This document shows, piece after piece, positions 34,556 to 44,085 of a DNA stretch of 64,000 nucleotides. The notes under the pieces are model-generated. The model had not been told where the DNA came from. It searched no databases and saw nothing but the letters and a program-made list of their open reading frames with translations. This stretch comes from a virus (lineage: Duplodnaviria > Caudoviricetes): positions 5,898 through 69,897 of IMG/VR virus record IMGVR_UViG_2974682767_000001; one strand, written 5' to 3'. Numbering within the stretch: position 1 is the first letter of the stretch; each line of letters opens with the position of its first letter. The position numbers and the translations under genes were made by a program.

Positions 34556-35155
34556 CTACTTGGCAGCAGCGGCCTGCTGCCGCCACGCCTCGAAAATCGC
34601 CTTGTCCTCCTCGGTCGCCGCGACCAGGATGACCGGCGCGTCCTGCCCCTCCTTGCGCTGACCCTTCTGGATGCGACCGAGCACCCAGGCGATGTTGCGG
34701 TCCAGCGCCCGCTTGCCCTCGCGGACCAGCGGCTTGTTGAAGAACAGGTTGTCATCCAGGCGCTCGCCGACCTCGAACGGGTCGCACTCCTCGTACTCGC
34801 CGTACTTGTTGGTGAACCCGAACTCATCGGGCAGCGTCAGCGGGATGAGGTCCACGCGGGTGAACGGCGATTTGCCGTCCTCCTCGTTGCCGCTGTTGAC
34901 CGTTTTCATGCGCCCCACCTCGGTGAAGTGCATGAGGACGAGCTGCCCCATGAAGTGGCCCGGCTTGTAGCCGCCCGAGCCACCGGGGTCGGCGACCCCG
35001 CCCGCGAACGGGTCGCCCTTGATGGGGGTGTCACCGCCCACGCTGGTCACGTCCGCCTTGGTGGGGTCGTCGCTGGCGTCCTTGGCGGCAGCGGCGGGGG
35101 CGGACTTGGTGGCGGTGGCAGCGCCCCCGCCTTTCTTGTTGAACGGGCTGGACAC
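34556..35155 (-). CDS. hypothetical replication-arm protein, possibly ssDNA-binding
   Basis: GAGGAG RBS before GTG; adjacent to exonuclease; function inferred from context only. Confidence 0.6.
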   Translation of the reverse strand: MSSPFNKKGGGAATATKSAPAAAAKDASDDPTKADVTSVGGDTPIKGDPFAGGVADPGGSGGYKPGHFMGQLVLMHFTEVGRMKTVNSGNEEDGKSPFTRVDLIPLTLPDEFGFTNKYGEYEECDPFEVGERLDDNLFFNKPLVREGKRALDRNIAWVLGRIQKGQRKEGQDAPVILVAATEEDKAIFEAWRQQAAAAK

Positions 35156-35213
35156 GGTAGTGGTTCTCCTCGGTGTTGGTGTTGGTGCTGGTTGTGTTAC
35201 TGGTCGGGACTGG

Positions 35214-36599
35214 TTACTGCTCCAGCAGCGCCGCGACACGCGCGGCGTGCTCACCCAGGTCGTCGTCCCAAACGTCCTGGTACTCCTCGTAGACCGCCTG
35301 GCCCTGGTCCAGGTCGGTGATGGCCGACAGCTCGCACCGAGCCGTCGCGTAGCGGATGGCCTCGTCCGACGGCACCGGGACCGCGTGCTGCGGCACCTTG
35401 GCCGGGGCGTCCTTGCGGATGCCCTTGACCTTGGCCGACTCCACCAGCGCCTCGCCGCCGAACCACTTGTCAATCGTGATGGCGGCGGTGCCCGCCGGGT
35501 TGTTGCTCGGGACGTGGATGAGGATGGCGAAATCGTCGCGGATGTCGGGCATGGCCTCCCACCCGGTGCCGTCCAGGGTCAGCACGCGCTCGGCCCACCC
35601 GTAGACCCCGCCCACCTGGACGGCGAACGACAACCACGAATACTTGAGGTCCTTGGACGTTTTCACGTCGCCCAGCACCAGCTCGCCCGTGGTGACGATG
35701 CGGAACACCCGGTCAATCTTCCCGGCGACCGATAGGCCGTGTTCCTCCTCGCACTGGGTGTTGAGCACGGTGCGCTCCACGTAGTCCGGCAGCGCGACGA
35801 TGCCCCGGTGGGCCAGCGTGCGGTAGTACGCATCGACGTGCGGGCGCACCAGCTCGGGCACGTCCTTGCGCAGCACGATGCCCATGTCGATGGCCTCACA
35901 CCAGGCGTGGACGCACTCGCCCAGCTCGCGGGCGTGCGCGCCGCCCATCATGTTGTCGATCATGTCCAGGACGGCATCCACCGCCGTCACCTTGTCCGAC
36001 TCGGTGGCCGCGAGCAGCGCGCCGAGGGCACTGCTGGCCGTCGTCTCGAACAGCGGGTTGAGCCGGGTGTCCGGCGGCAGCTTGGCCAGCTCCATGACGC
36101 GCAGCGCCGTCTCGCGCCGTCCCCACTTGGCCAGCCCCTCGCGGTCGTCAATCGTCTTGGCGATGGTGGTGGCGCGCGGGAACAGCGTGGGCCGTCCCGT
36201 CTCGGGGTGCGGCAGCTTGTACCAACCCCACTGGCCGAACACCGACGGCGGGCGCGGCGTCTCGGGTGGCAGCGGGTAGCCCTGGTACTCGGTCGTGCGC
36301 GGTGCCGGGGTCATGTCGGCGCTGATGTCCATGCGGTCGTTCTCCTCGGTGGTTGTGGAAACGGGCTGAGAGGCGCTGTGCGCCTCGCTGACGCTATCCG
36401 GCGGCACTGACACGGCGGACCCGCCGTTCGGCTGCGTGGGCGGCAGCGGGGCCGGTGCGCCGGGCAGGAAATAGTCGGGGTGTGCGCGCTCGGGGTTGTC
36501 GGTCCAGCCGTCGCCCAGTTTCCCGTCGTGGTCCACGGGTCGGCGGTACACCCGGCCATCGGGCTGGGTGCGCGCGGGGAACTGGTGCGCGACGGTCAC
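35214..36599 (-). CDS. PD-(D/E)XK exonuclease (RecE/Cas4-like); alternative start 36332
   Basis: VAGKIDRV...LVLGDVKTSK. Confidence 0.8.
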   Translation of the reverse strand: MTVAHQFPARTQPDGRVYRRPVDHDGKLGDGWTDNPERAHPDYFLPGAPAPLPPTQPNGGSAVSVPPDSVSEAHSASQPVSTTTEENDRMDISADMTPAPRTTEYQGYPLPPETPRPPSVFGQWGWYKLPHPETGRPTLFPRATTIAKTIDDREGLAKWGRRETALRVMELAKLPPDTRLNPLFETTASSALGALLAATESDKVTAVDAVLDMIDNMMGGAHARELGECVHAWCEAIDMGIVLRKDVPELVRPHVDAYYRTLAHRGIVALPDYVERTVLNTQCEEEHGLSVAGKIDRVFRIVTTGELVLGDVKTSKDLKYSWLSFAVQVGGVYGWAERVLTLDGTGWEAMPDIRDDFAILIHVPSNNPAGTAAITIDKWFGGEALVESAKVKGIRKDAPAKVPQHAVPVPSDEAIRYATARCELSAITDLDQGQAVYEEYQDVWDDDLGEHAARVAALLEQ

Positions 36600-36958
36600 G
36601 ATGCCACCGCCGTGAACTGGCCGGTGCGGTCGTGGCCGGTGCGCAGGAACACCCACTCATCGGCGTCGGACTCGCGCAGGTCGAACAGCCCCGCCAGGTC
36701 GTCCTCGTTGTGCATCAGCAGCCGGGCGTAGTAGGCGGTGAAATCGTTGGACAGCCGATAGACCTCCTCGGGGGCGTCGGTGGCCAGGCCGAGGGTCCAG
36801 CGCGCCCCCTCAAACAGCGCCTTGACGCCCAGTTTCGTCTTGCCGGTGGCCATCCACTGGCGCGACAGCTCGCACAGCACGGCGTAGACGTGCGGGTTGC
36901 GAGCGTGGAACGACTCGAACCGGATGGCGATGGGCAGGTGCGGCGGCAGGTCGGTCAT
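36596..36958 (-). CDS. conserved phage hypothetical protein
   Basis: FHARNPHVY...FEGARW...SNDFTAYYAR; overlapping start/stop. Confidence 0.75.
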   Translation of the reverse strand: MTDLPPHLPIAIRFESFHARNPHVYAVLCELSRQWMATGKTKLGVKALFEGARWTLGLATDAPEEVYRLSNDFTAYYARLLMHNEDDLAGLFDLRESDADEWVFLRTGHDRTGQFTAVAS

Positions 36959-37365
36959 GTGCGGTTCCTGATGCCGTTGGTGCCGTTCGGGTGCGTGCTG
37001 TTGCCGTTGTAGCCGGGCAGCTTGGACCGCAGCGTGTGCTCGCTGACCTTGTGGCGGCGGTGGACCTCGCGGTACGACAGCCCGCGTTCCAGGTCGGCGC
37101 GCCACGCGGCCACGTCCTCGGGCGTGTAGACGCGCGGGGCCGGGCGCTTGGGCACGTCGGGCAGCCGGACGGTGAACTGCTCGCACGGGCAGGAGAACGG
37201 CCCCTGGCCCCGGTTGTGGCGGCAGCCCTCGCCGCGCGGGTGCGCGGCGCGGTCGTGGTTGCACCCCGGCGTATCGCACAGCGTGTACTTGGTGATTTTG
37301 ACCGGGCGCAGGCGGGCGGGACCGAGGAACGCACCGGCCCGCGCCTGGCGGGTGGACTCGCGCAT
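36955..37365 (-). CDS. Cys/His-containing protein with C-terminal HTH
   Basis: GLSYREVHRRHKVSEHTLRSKL. Confidence 0.65.
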   Translation of the reverse strand: MRESTRQARAGAFLGPARLRPVKITKYTLCDTPGCNHDRAAHPRGEGCRHNRGQGPFSCPCEQFTVRLPDVPKRPAPRVYTPEDVAAWRADLERGLSYREVHRRHKVSEHTLRSKLPGYNGNSTHPNGTNGIRNRT

Positions 37366-37607
37366 CAGTGCGCCCCCAGTGCAATCTCCAGGTGCCACTC
37401 GCCCGGCGTGCCGAACGAGGTGGTGCCCTCGCACCAGGACACCCGGTCAACGTGCCACGCCAGGCTGTCGTCGTCGTTGCCGGTGGTGCTGTAGTGGATG
37501 ACCTGGCCGACCGCCGGGGCGGCGGGGAACCGCCCCAGGTCGTGGGTCTGGTTGTCGGCGGCGTCCCCGCGCCGGTACGTCGTGGCGTACACCCTCACGG
37601 TGCCCAT
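37365..37607 (-). CDS. hypothetical protein
   Basis: Coupled start/stop overlaps on both sides. Confidence 0.7.
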   Translation of the reverse strand: MGTVRVYATTYRRGDAADNQTHDLGRFPAAPAVGQVIHYSTTGNDDDSLAWHVDRVSWCEGTTSFGTPGEWHLEIALGAH

Positions 37608-39331
37608 CAGTTCTCGATGAGACGGTCGAGGCACCGGCTGACGAACTTGATGGAGATTTCGTCAGACAGGCGCGCCTTGGTCATGTCGGCGTACCCGACG
37701 ATGCGCAGGCTGCGGGCGAGCTGCTGCTGGGCGTCCGACGGCGGGGCGTTGCGCCGCCACTTGGCCCCACGGTCGGGGAGGTCCTGGCCGGACTCCACGA
37801 TCCACACCTCGGCACCCTCCAGCGCCTCGGGCAGGTCCACGTACTCGGGGCTGTCGGTCTGGAACCGGCCCGACCCGGTGACGCTGATGACGCGCCCCGT
37901 CTTGGTGTTGAGCTGGCCAATGGCCCACTTGGTGGACTCGATGACCTCGCCGTCGGGGCCGGGGCGACCGGGGCGGTAGCCGTCCTCGGGCCACAGGAAC
38001 ACGACCTCGTTGGCCCCCATCAGGCTGATGAACGGCACGCCCTTGGGCGTCTCCAGCCACAGCGTGGTGTCGTTGGCCAGCAGGTCGATGGTGACCATAT
38101 CGACCGGACCCTGGCGCACCATCTTGATGGCGTCCTCGCCACCGCCCATGCTGTCGTCCAGCGGCACCTCGGGCAGCAGGTCAACCAGCTCGTTGCCCTC
38201 GGTGTCCACGTCCTTGACCTCGGCACCCGGCAGCAGTTGCGTCAGGCTGACCAGCTTCATGGAGCGCGCGGACCCGGCGAGGTCCAGCACCAGGGCGTCA
38301 GTCTTGCCGGGGTGCAGCCGCAGGGCACGGCCCACCATCTGGGAAAACAGGTTCTTGCTGCGGGTCGGGCGGGCGAGCACCACGGTGTCGCACATCGGGA
38401 AGTCCGCGCCCTCGGTGAGCACCTGGACGGTGACCAGCGCCCGCGCCTCGCCCGAGCGGTAGGCGGCGTAGACCGGCTGGCGCGCCTCGTAGCTCATCGC
38501 GCCGGTCACGGCCACCGCCGGATAGTCGGCCTCGGTCAGCGCGTCGGCGATGTGGTGGGCGGCGTCCACGCTGGCGGCAAAGATGATCGGCGTGCGGTCG
38601 GCGGCGTGCAGCTTGATGGCGTCCACGACGTACTCGGTCGCGGCCTCCATGACCTCGGCGAGGTCGCCCTGGTGGAAATCACCGGCGACGTTGCGCACGT
38701 CGTCCAGGGCGTCCAGCCCGGCCACGCGCACCGTCTTGCCGTGGGGCTGCACCAGGAACCCCTTGCGGATGGCCCACGCGATGTCTTTCTCGTAGGCGAT
38801 GTTCTCGATGACATCGCCGAGGCCGATGACGCCGCGCTCGTTGCGGTACATCGTGGCGGTGAGTCCGCACATGCGGGCGTCGTCGTAGCCGCCCAGCTCG
38901 CGGAACGTGGTGTGGAACCCCTCGGCCCCGGCGTGGTGTACCTCGTCCCACAGGATGACATCGCGGCGACCGAGCGCCTGGCGACGGTGAGCGGTGGCGA
39001 GGGTCTGGAGCGTGGCGAACACGACCGGCGCGTGGTGGTCGTCCTCCTCGGCGCGCACGATGCCGGTGTCCCCGGCCATGTCCGGCGCGACGGCGATGAA
39101 GTCCCGGCGCATCTGGTCCAGCAGCTCGCCGCGATGCGCGAGGGCCACCACGCGGTCGCCACGAACGCGGGCGCGGCGGATGAGTTCGCCGATAACGGTG
39201 GACTTGCCCGAGCCGGTGGGGAGGACCACGCCAGTGCGGCGGGTGCCGTTCGCCCAGCGGCGTTCGACGGCGTTGGCGGCGTCAGTCTGGTACTGGCGCA
39301 GCTCGCGCGGTGCGAGTGGGGTGGTGGTCAT
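37607..39331 (-). CDS. superfamily 2 DNA helicase
   Basis: LPTGSGKS, DEVHH, LTAT, LTEGADFP, QMVGRALR. Confidence 0.92.
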   Translation of the reverse strand: MTTTPLAPRELRQYQTDAANAVERRWANGTRRTGVVLPTGSGKSTVIGELIRRARVRGDRVVALAHRGELLDQMRRDFIAVAPDMAGDTGIVRAEEDDHHAPVVFATLQTLATAHRRQALGRRDVILWDEVHHAGAEGFHTTFRELGGYDDARMCGLTATMYRNERGVIGLGDVIENIAYEKDIAWAIRKGFLVQPHGKTVRVAGLDALDDVRNVAGDFHQGDLAEVMEAATEYVVDAIKLHAADRTPIIFAASVDAAHHIADALTEADYPAVAVTGAMSYEARQPVYAAYRSGEARALVTVQVLTEGADFPMCDTVVLARPTRSKNLFSQMVGRALRLHPGKTDALVLDLAGSARSMKLVSLTQLLPGAEVKDVDTEGNELVDLLPEVPLDDSMGGGEDAIKMVRQGPVDMVTIDLLANDTTLWLETPKGVPFISLMGANEVVFLWPEDGYRPGRPGPDGEVIESTKWAIGQLNTKTGRVISVTGSGRFQTDSPEYVDLPEALEGAEVWIVESGQDLPDRGAKWRRNAPPSDAQQQLARSLRIVGYADMTKARLSDEISIKFVSRCLDRLIEN

Positions 39332-39389
39332 GGTGTAGGTACCTGCCAAGGTGTCGGTGGTGGTTGAGGGTGCGGTGCTGGTGGAGGTT

Positions 39390-39461
39390 GGTGGCCCGGT
39401 CGCTCGGGGTCGCCGCGCGACCGGACCACCCAGACTTTACCGAAAATCTCGGGATTGTCTA
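39390..39461 (-). promoter_or_regulatory. promoter family variant with long leader hairpin upstream of helicase
   Basis: TAGACA ATCCCGAGATTTTCGG TAAAGT; 14-bp stem 39390-39430. Confidence 0.7.
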
Positions 39462-39938
39462 GTCCGCCACGCCGTTGGCCGCAGCCGCCGCGCGGAACAG
39501 CGCCTCCAGGTCGCTGTACCCGAACAACTTGAGCTGATTGGCCGTGATGGTGTCCTCGGTGTTGGCCTCCAGCATGGCGATGAGGCCACGGTACGACGAC
39601 ACGCGCGTGGGGTTCAGCCAGCCGTCCGGCTTGGCCACGTTGTTGCGCACGTCGCGGTCGTCGGGCACGTTGACGTACATGTTCCGCAGGTAGTCGTTGT
39701 CCCCGGTGGCGGCGCGGAACCGGCGGGCGTCGTCCGCCGTCGGTTGCTTGCCCGTCTTGAGGAACTTGGTCAGCTCGTCGCGCAGCGCCCGCAGGGCGGG
39801 CAACTTGTCCTGATCCGCGACGATGCGGCGGCGGTACTCGGCGGCGTCCTCCTGGAACTTGGCGTCCGCCTTGTCGTGCGCGGTCAGCGCCGCCTTGGCC
39901 GCGTCGATCAGGGCCGACTTGTTGAACGTGATGGACAT
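39459..39938 (-). CDS. hypothetical protein
   Basis: GAGGAG RBS; strong codon bias. Confidence 0.8.
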   Translation of the reverse strand: MSITFNKSALIDAAKAALTAHDKADAKFQEDAAEYRRRIVADQDKLPALRALRDELTKFLKTGKQPTADDARRFRAATGDNDYLRNMYVNVPDDRDVRNNVAKPDGWLNPTRVSSYRGLIAMLEANTEDTITANQLKLFGYSDLEALFRAAAAANGVAD

Positions 39939-40004
39939 GGGTATCTCCTCGGGTTGTGGTTGTGAACCGTTTGCGCGTGGAGGTATGCGCGCCCCACCTG
40001 GTGC

Positions 40005-42881
40005 TTAGTCGCTGTCGGTGATCTCGGCAGCGGCGGCGGCGCGGGCCATCTCGGGGGTGACGGTCGGGTCGGGGATGTACCGAGCGCCCGACGGCGTGCC
40101 GGTGAGCGTGACGATGAGGCCGTAACGCAGGCCACGGTCCACCGCCAGGCTGATCCGCTGTTTCCAGTACGCCGCCGTGTCGCTGCGGCTGTTGGCGTAG
40201 GCGTCGGGCCGGATGGCCGCGACCAGCTCGGCGCGCGTTGCGCCCTGCTGGGTCAGGTCGTCCAGGTAGTGCCGGACCCGCACAGCCGTCTCCACGACCG
40301 GCTCGGGCAGTGCGCGAGCGAGCACGATGTCCCCCTGCATCGGGTCCACGTCACCGTTGATGCCGGTGATGATGGGCGCGTTGATGTCGTTGCCCGGCCA
40401 GTTGAGCATCCGCAGCGGGATGGCGTCGTCCAACTGCTCGGCGTTCTTTTGCTTGGTCGTCCACAGCTCGATGGCCTTGCCCTCGATGTGGCCGTCAGCG
40501 TCGGTGATGTCGGTGGTGTCCCAGGTGGCGTGGCGGATGAGCAGTTCGCTGTCCAGCGCCGCGTTGAGGGCCGAGCTGCCGCGCCCCACGGTGGGGTCGT
40601 GCTTGCCGGTGTGGTGGACCACGCAGACGCCCGCGTTGGTGAGCGCCTTGAGCTTGTCGAACCGGCGCACCGCGATGCCGACATCGGTGGCGCTGTTCTC
40701 CTCCAGCCCCGAGGACATGCGGGCGAACGTGTCGAAGATGACCAGGCCGATGCCCTTGCGCGCGATGTACGCCGCGATGTCGCCCCACGCCTCGTTCTCG
40801 GCCTTGACCAGGATGATGCTGTCACCCAGCAGCAGGTCGTCCGACAGGTCGATGCCGTGGGCGTCCTCCCACGCGCGCAACCGCTGCACCGCGCCGGACA
40901 GCCCCTCGCCGGGCAGGTAGAGCACGGGCGTCTTGAGGGTCCGGCGACCTTGCCAGGACTTGCCGGTGGCGATGTGGCAGGCCATGTCCAGCACCACGGT
41001 GGACTTGCCCAGCCCCGGCGGGCCGACGACGCACGACAGGCCACCGTGCTCGATCAGGCCGTCGATGATGTACTCGGGCGGCGGCATGTGACGCCAGTGC
41101 GAGAACGGCGCGATGCGGGGCACGCCCGCGTGCTCGCTGTCGAACACGTCGGGGTCGGGGTCCTCCACCCGGTCGGGGTACGGGCTGGCGTCCGCAGGCG
41201 GCGGCGTGGACCCGGCGTCGGCCTTGCCGAAATCGGCGGGCAGCCCGGCCAGCAGCTCGTCGGCGGTCGGCGGCGGGGTCGGCTCGGGGGCCGGGTCGCC
41301 GTACTCCTCGCGGCTGTCCATCGGCGCGTCGTCGGCGCTGGTGGTCTGGGCGTCGGACCCGTCGGCGCGGTGGCCCCCGTCGTCGGCGTCGTTCTCGTCC
41401 ACCGCGTGCCACAGGATGCCCTCGTCGTCGGTGACGAACAGGCCGTCCCGGCTCATGCACTGCTCGCACATCGGCGCGGCCTCGGGGGTAGCTGCTGGCG
41501 GGGTATCCACTGGCGGCTGGTCCTCGGTCACCGGCAGGCTGAAATCGCCGTCAGTCGGCGCGGTGTCCTCCTGGCCCGCGCGGGGGTTGATGTCGGGGTC
41601 CACGCTGACCACGGGCGTGACGCCCATGTCGTCCATCGCCTCGCCGACGTTGCCGCCGTAGTGGATGAGCGCGACGGCCTGGAGCTTGGAGAACGTCGCC
41701 GACCACCCCGGCTCGCCGATGCGGTCGGTGAACGGCGGCGCGTCGTGGTCGGTCCACAGGTGGAGAGGCGCGTTCGTCTCGGTGTACCGGCCCAGCGAGC
41801 AGCCGGGGTCATGCGCGGTGGCCGACTTGGGGCTGGCGTGCTCGCCCGGCGCGGTCCACACGGGGCAGCCGCAGGCGTCGGCGCGCGGTGCCGGGACCCA
41901 GCCGAGGGGTTCCAGAATCTCGCGCCAGGAGACGTTCGCCGCCCACTGGTCCACCAGGTCGGCCAGCTCGGTGTTGTCGGTGTGCTGGTCGCCCTCGCGG
42001 GCGCGCACGATGCGTTTCTCCCCGGCCTTGATGATCTCGTCAGCCAGCCACTCGGGCAGCTCGTAGACGTGGCCGAGCTGTTCATACTTGCCCTCGGGCC
42101 GGGTGCTCGGCGGGATGAGCACATATCGGCGGTCCCACAGGACGGCGAACCCGTTGTCCCCGCCCCACGTCATGGCCCCGAGGTGGCGCGGCAGCACCGG
42201 CATCAGCTCGTCGGGCACCGTGAAGTAGAAATGACCGCCGTCGCTGTGCGACCAGGTGGACGGGTCCTCGGGGTCGGCGTCCTTGCCCATGTGGCCCGGC
42301 GTCAGCACCGTCGGCGCGGGCAGCTCGGGGTCGTCGGGGTCCAGCTCGTTGGCCTCGAACCAGCGCCGCGTCTGGGCGGCGGTGTCGCAGTCGATGACGA
42401 CGATGCCGGACCCGCCGACCTCGATGGCCAGGTTGACCGCGACCGGCTGGGACATCACGATCTCGCCCGCGTCGGCGCGTTTCTTGTTGTAGGGCACCAC
42501 GTCGCCGGTCACCACAGCGCCGCCGTCGGTGGTCACACCGTCGGTCACGACCTCGCGCCACTCGCTGAACAGCTCCACGTACCGCTTGAGGTAGCGGTCC
42601 AGCGTGGCCTTGTCCGAGGTGGCCAGCGCCAGCCCGCCCGGCGACTTGATGGCGCGCCAGTCCTTGCGCCCGGCCTCGCGCGCCGCCTCCTGCGCGGCCT
42701 TGTCGTCCTTGTTCCGCGCGACCGTGGTGCGCAGGTCGGCGGGAACCTTGCTGTTCGGGAGGATGAACAGCAGCGACAGCCCGAGGTCGGCGGCGCTGCG
42801 GATGTACGCCCGCACGGCGTCGTGGTCGGTGTTGTCGATGCCGGTGCCCAGTACGGCCTCCAGCGGTTTAGCGCCCAGCAT
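40005..42881 (-). CDS. primase-polymerase fused to AAA (RepA-like) helicase
   Basis: IVVIDCD and GGHFYF prim-pol motifs; GPPGLGKS Walker A; LVIFDTFARM; VVHHTGK. Confidence 0.9.
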   Translation of the reverse strand: MLGAKPLEAVLGTGIDNTDHDAVRAYIRSAADLGLSLLFILPNSKVPADLRTTVARNKDDKAAQEAAREAGRKDWRAIKSPGGLALATSDKATLDRYLKRYVELFSEWREVVTDGVTTDGGAVVTGDVVPYNKKRADAGEIVMSQPVAVNLAIEVGGSGIVVIDCDTAAQTRRWFEANELDPDDPELPAPTVLTPGHMGKDADPEDPSTWSHSDGGHFYFTVPDELMPVLPRHLGAMTWGGDNGFAVLWDRRYVLIPPSTRPEGKYEQLGHVYELPEWLADEIIKAGEKRIVRAREGDQHTDNTELADLVDQWAANVSWREILEPLGWVPAPRADACGCPVWTAPGEHASPKSATAHDPGCSLGRYTETNAPLHLWTDHDAPPFTDRIGEPGWSATFSKLQAVALIHYGGNVGEAMDDMGVTPVVSVDPDINPRAGQEDTAPTDGDFSLPVTEDQPPVDTPPAATPEAAPMCEQCMSRDGLFVTDDEGILWHAVDENDADDGGHRADGSDAQTTSADDAPMDSREEYGDPAPEPTPPPTADELLAGLPADFGKADAGSTPPPADASPYPDRVEDPDPDVFDSEHAGVPRIAPFSHWRHMPPPEYIIDGLIEHGGLSCVVGPPGLGKSTVVLDMACHIATGKSWQGRRTLKTPVLYLPGEGLSGAVQRLRAWEDAHGIDLSDDLLLGDSIILVKAENEAWGDIAAYIARKGIGLVIFDTFARMSSGLEENSATDVGIAVRRFDKLKALTNAGVCVVHHTGKHDPTVGRGSSALNAALDSELLIRHATWDTTDITDADGHIEGKAIELWTTKQKNAEQLDDAIPLRMLNWPGNDINAPIITGINGDVDPMQGDIVLARALPEPVVETAVRVRHYLDDLTQQGATRAELVAAIRPDAYANSRSDTAAYWKQRISLAVDRGLRYGLIVTLTGTPSGARYIPDPTVTPEMARAAAAAEITDSD

Positions 42882-43164
42882 TGTCGTCAGTCTCCTCGGT
42901 GGTTGTGGGGTGGGTGTCGCCGTACTCGTCCACGATGCCGATGCGGCAGCGGGGGTGAGCGCACAGGAACGTGGCGGCGGCGGTGGTGCAGCGGTCCAGG
43001 TACTCGGGGTCCAGGTCGGCGGCGGCGATGAACGTGTCCCGCTTGCCGATCAGCTCGCGCACCTTGGGCAGGTCGGACAGCCGGTGCCCGACCTCGCCGC
43101 CGTGCCAGTACGACGACAGCGGCGGGTCGTGGTCCAGGCAGGTCAGATACAGCGCGTTGCTCAC
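42868..43164 (-). CDS. hypothetical protein
   Basis: GTGA overlap with upstream gene. Confidence 0.7.
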   Translation of the reverse strand: MSNALYLTCLDHDPPLSSYWHGGEVGHRLSDLPKVRELIGKRDTFIAAADLDPEYLDRCTTAAATFLCAHPRCRIGIVDEYGDTHPTTTEETDDNAGR

Positions 43165-43973
43165 CGGGGGCGCTGCGCGATCTCGCCGCCGAGCGCGGCG
43201 TACCCGGCGATGTCCACCCATGAGTCCTCATGCGTGGGCGACACGACCAGGCGGCTGACCTTGAGCTGGACCAGGCACAACGCCACCTGCTCGGGCGTCA
43301 CCTCCATCCCCAGCACCTCGGACCACAGCCGCCCGAGGCGGGCGAACGACTCGGTGGCGTCCCCGTAGCTGGCCTGGCGGTCGCCGCAGATCAGCGAGGC
43401 AGCGGTGGTCAGCACCTGCTCGCGGGGCTGCTGGTAGCTCGCCGGGTTGTTCGGGTCCAGCACCGGGGGCACCTGCGGCATGGTGTACCCCACGGTGTCG
43501 GGGTGGTCGGGGTCGGTCCAGGCCGGGTGGACGCGCAGCTCGTCGGCCTGCTGTTCCAGACTCGGCGGCGCGAGGTAGGCGCACCCCTGGACCGCCGTCT
43601 GCGGGCACGGGTCGCCGGGCGGGCGCGGGCAGCGGTAGCAGTGATCTGTCCGGCGCGGCACGTCGGGGTCGGGGACCTCGGCGTCCACCAGCGGGCGCAC
43701 GGTGTCGGCGGTGGCCCGGCCCTCGTTGCACGGGTGGCCGTCGCTGTGGGTGTGCGGCAACACCTGGCCGGACGGCAGCGTGGGGCACGGGCTGACCGGC
43801 TCGGCGGGGCGCACCTCGGCGGCGTCGGTCAGGGTGTGCGTCCGCGCCGGGCAACCGGCCTTGATGAGGGGGCTGTGCGGGTCGCAGATGCACGGGCGAC
43901 GGTTGTGGTGCTGGCCGTCGGCGGCGCGTTTGACGGCCTCCACGTCGGCGGCGATGTTGGTGCCCTCGGGCAT
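43161..43973 (-). CDS. protein with Cys/His-rich linker and C-terminal DUF6378-like domain
   Basis: GDRQASYGDATESF...LKVSR...HEDSWVDIAGYAA. Confidence 0.75.
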   Translation of the reverse strand: MPEGTNIAADVEAVKRAADGQHHNRRPCICDPHSPLIKAGCPARTHTLTDAAEVRPAEPVSPCPTLPSGQVLPHTHSDGHPCNEGRATADTVRPLVDAEVPDPDVPRRTDHCYRCPRPPGDPCPQTAVQGCAYLAPPSLEQQADELRVHPAWTDPDHPDTVGYTMPQVPPVLDPNNPASYQQPREQVLTTAASLICGDRQASYGDATESFARLGRLWSEVLGMEVTPEQVALCLVQLKVSRLVVSPTHEDSWVDIAGYAALGGEIAQRPR

Positions 43974-44085
43974 GTGGTTCTCCTGGTACTCGGGTGGTTG
44001 TGGAGTCAAGACTGGCCAGCCTAGACCCTTGTGGGCCAACGTGTTTCGACCCGCTAGATGTTGTGGTGGGTGTTCGTGTCGGCTA

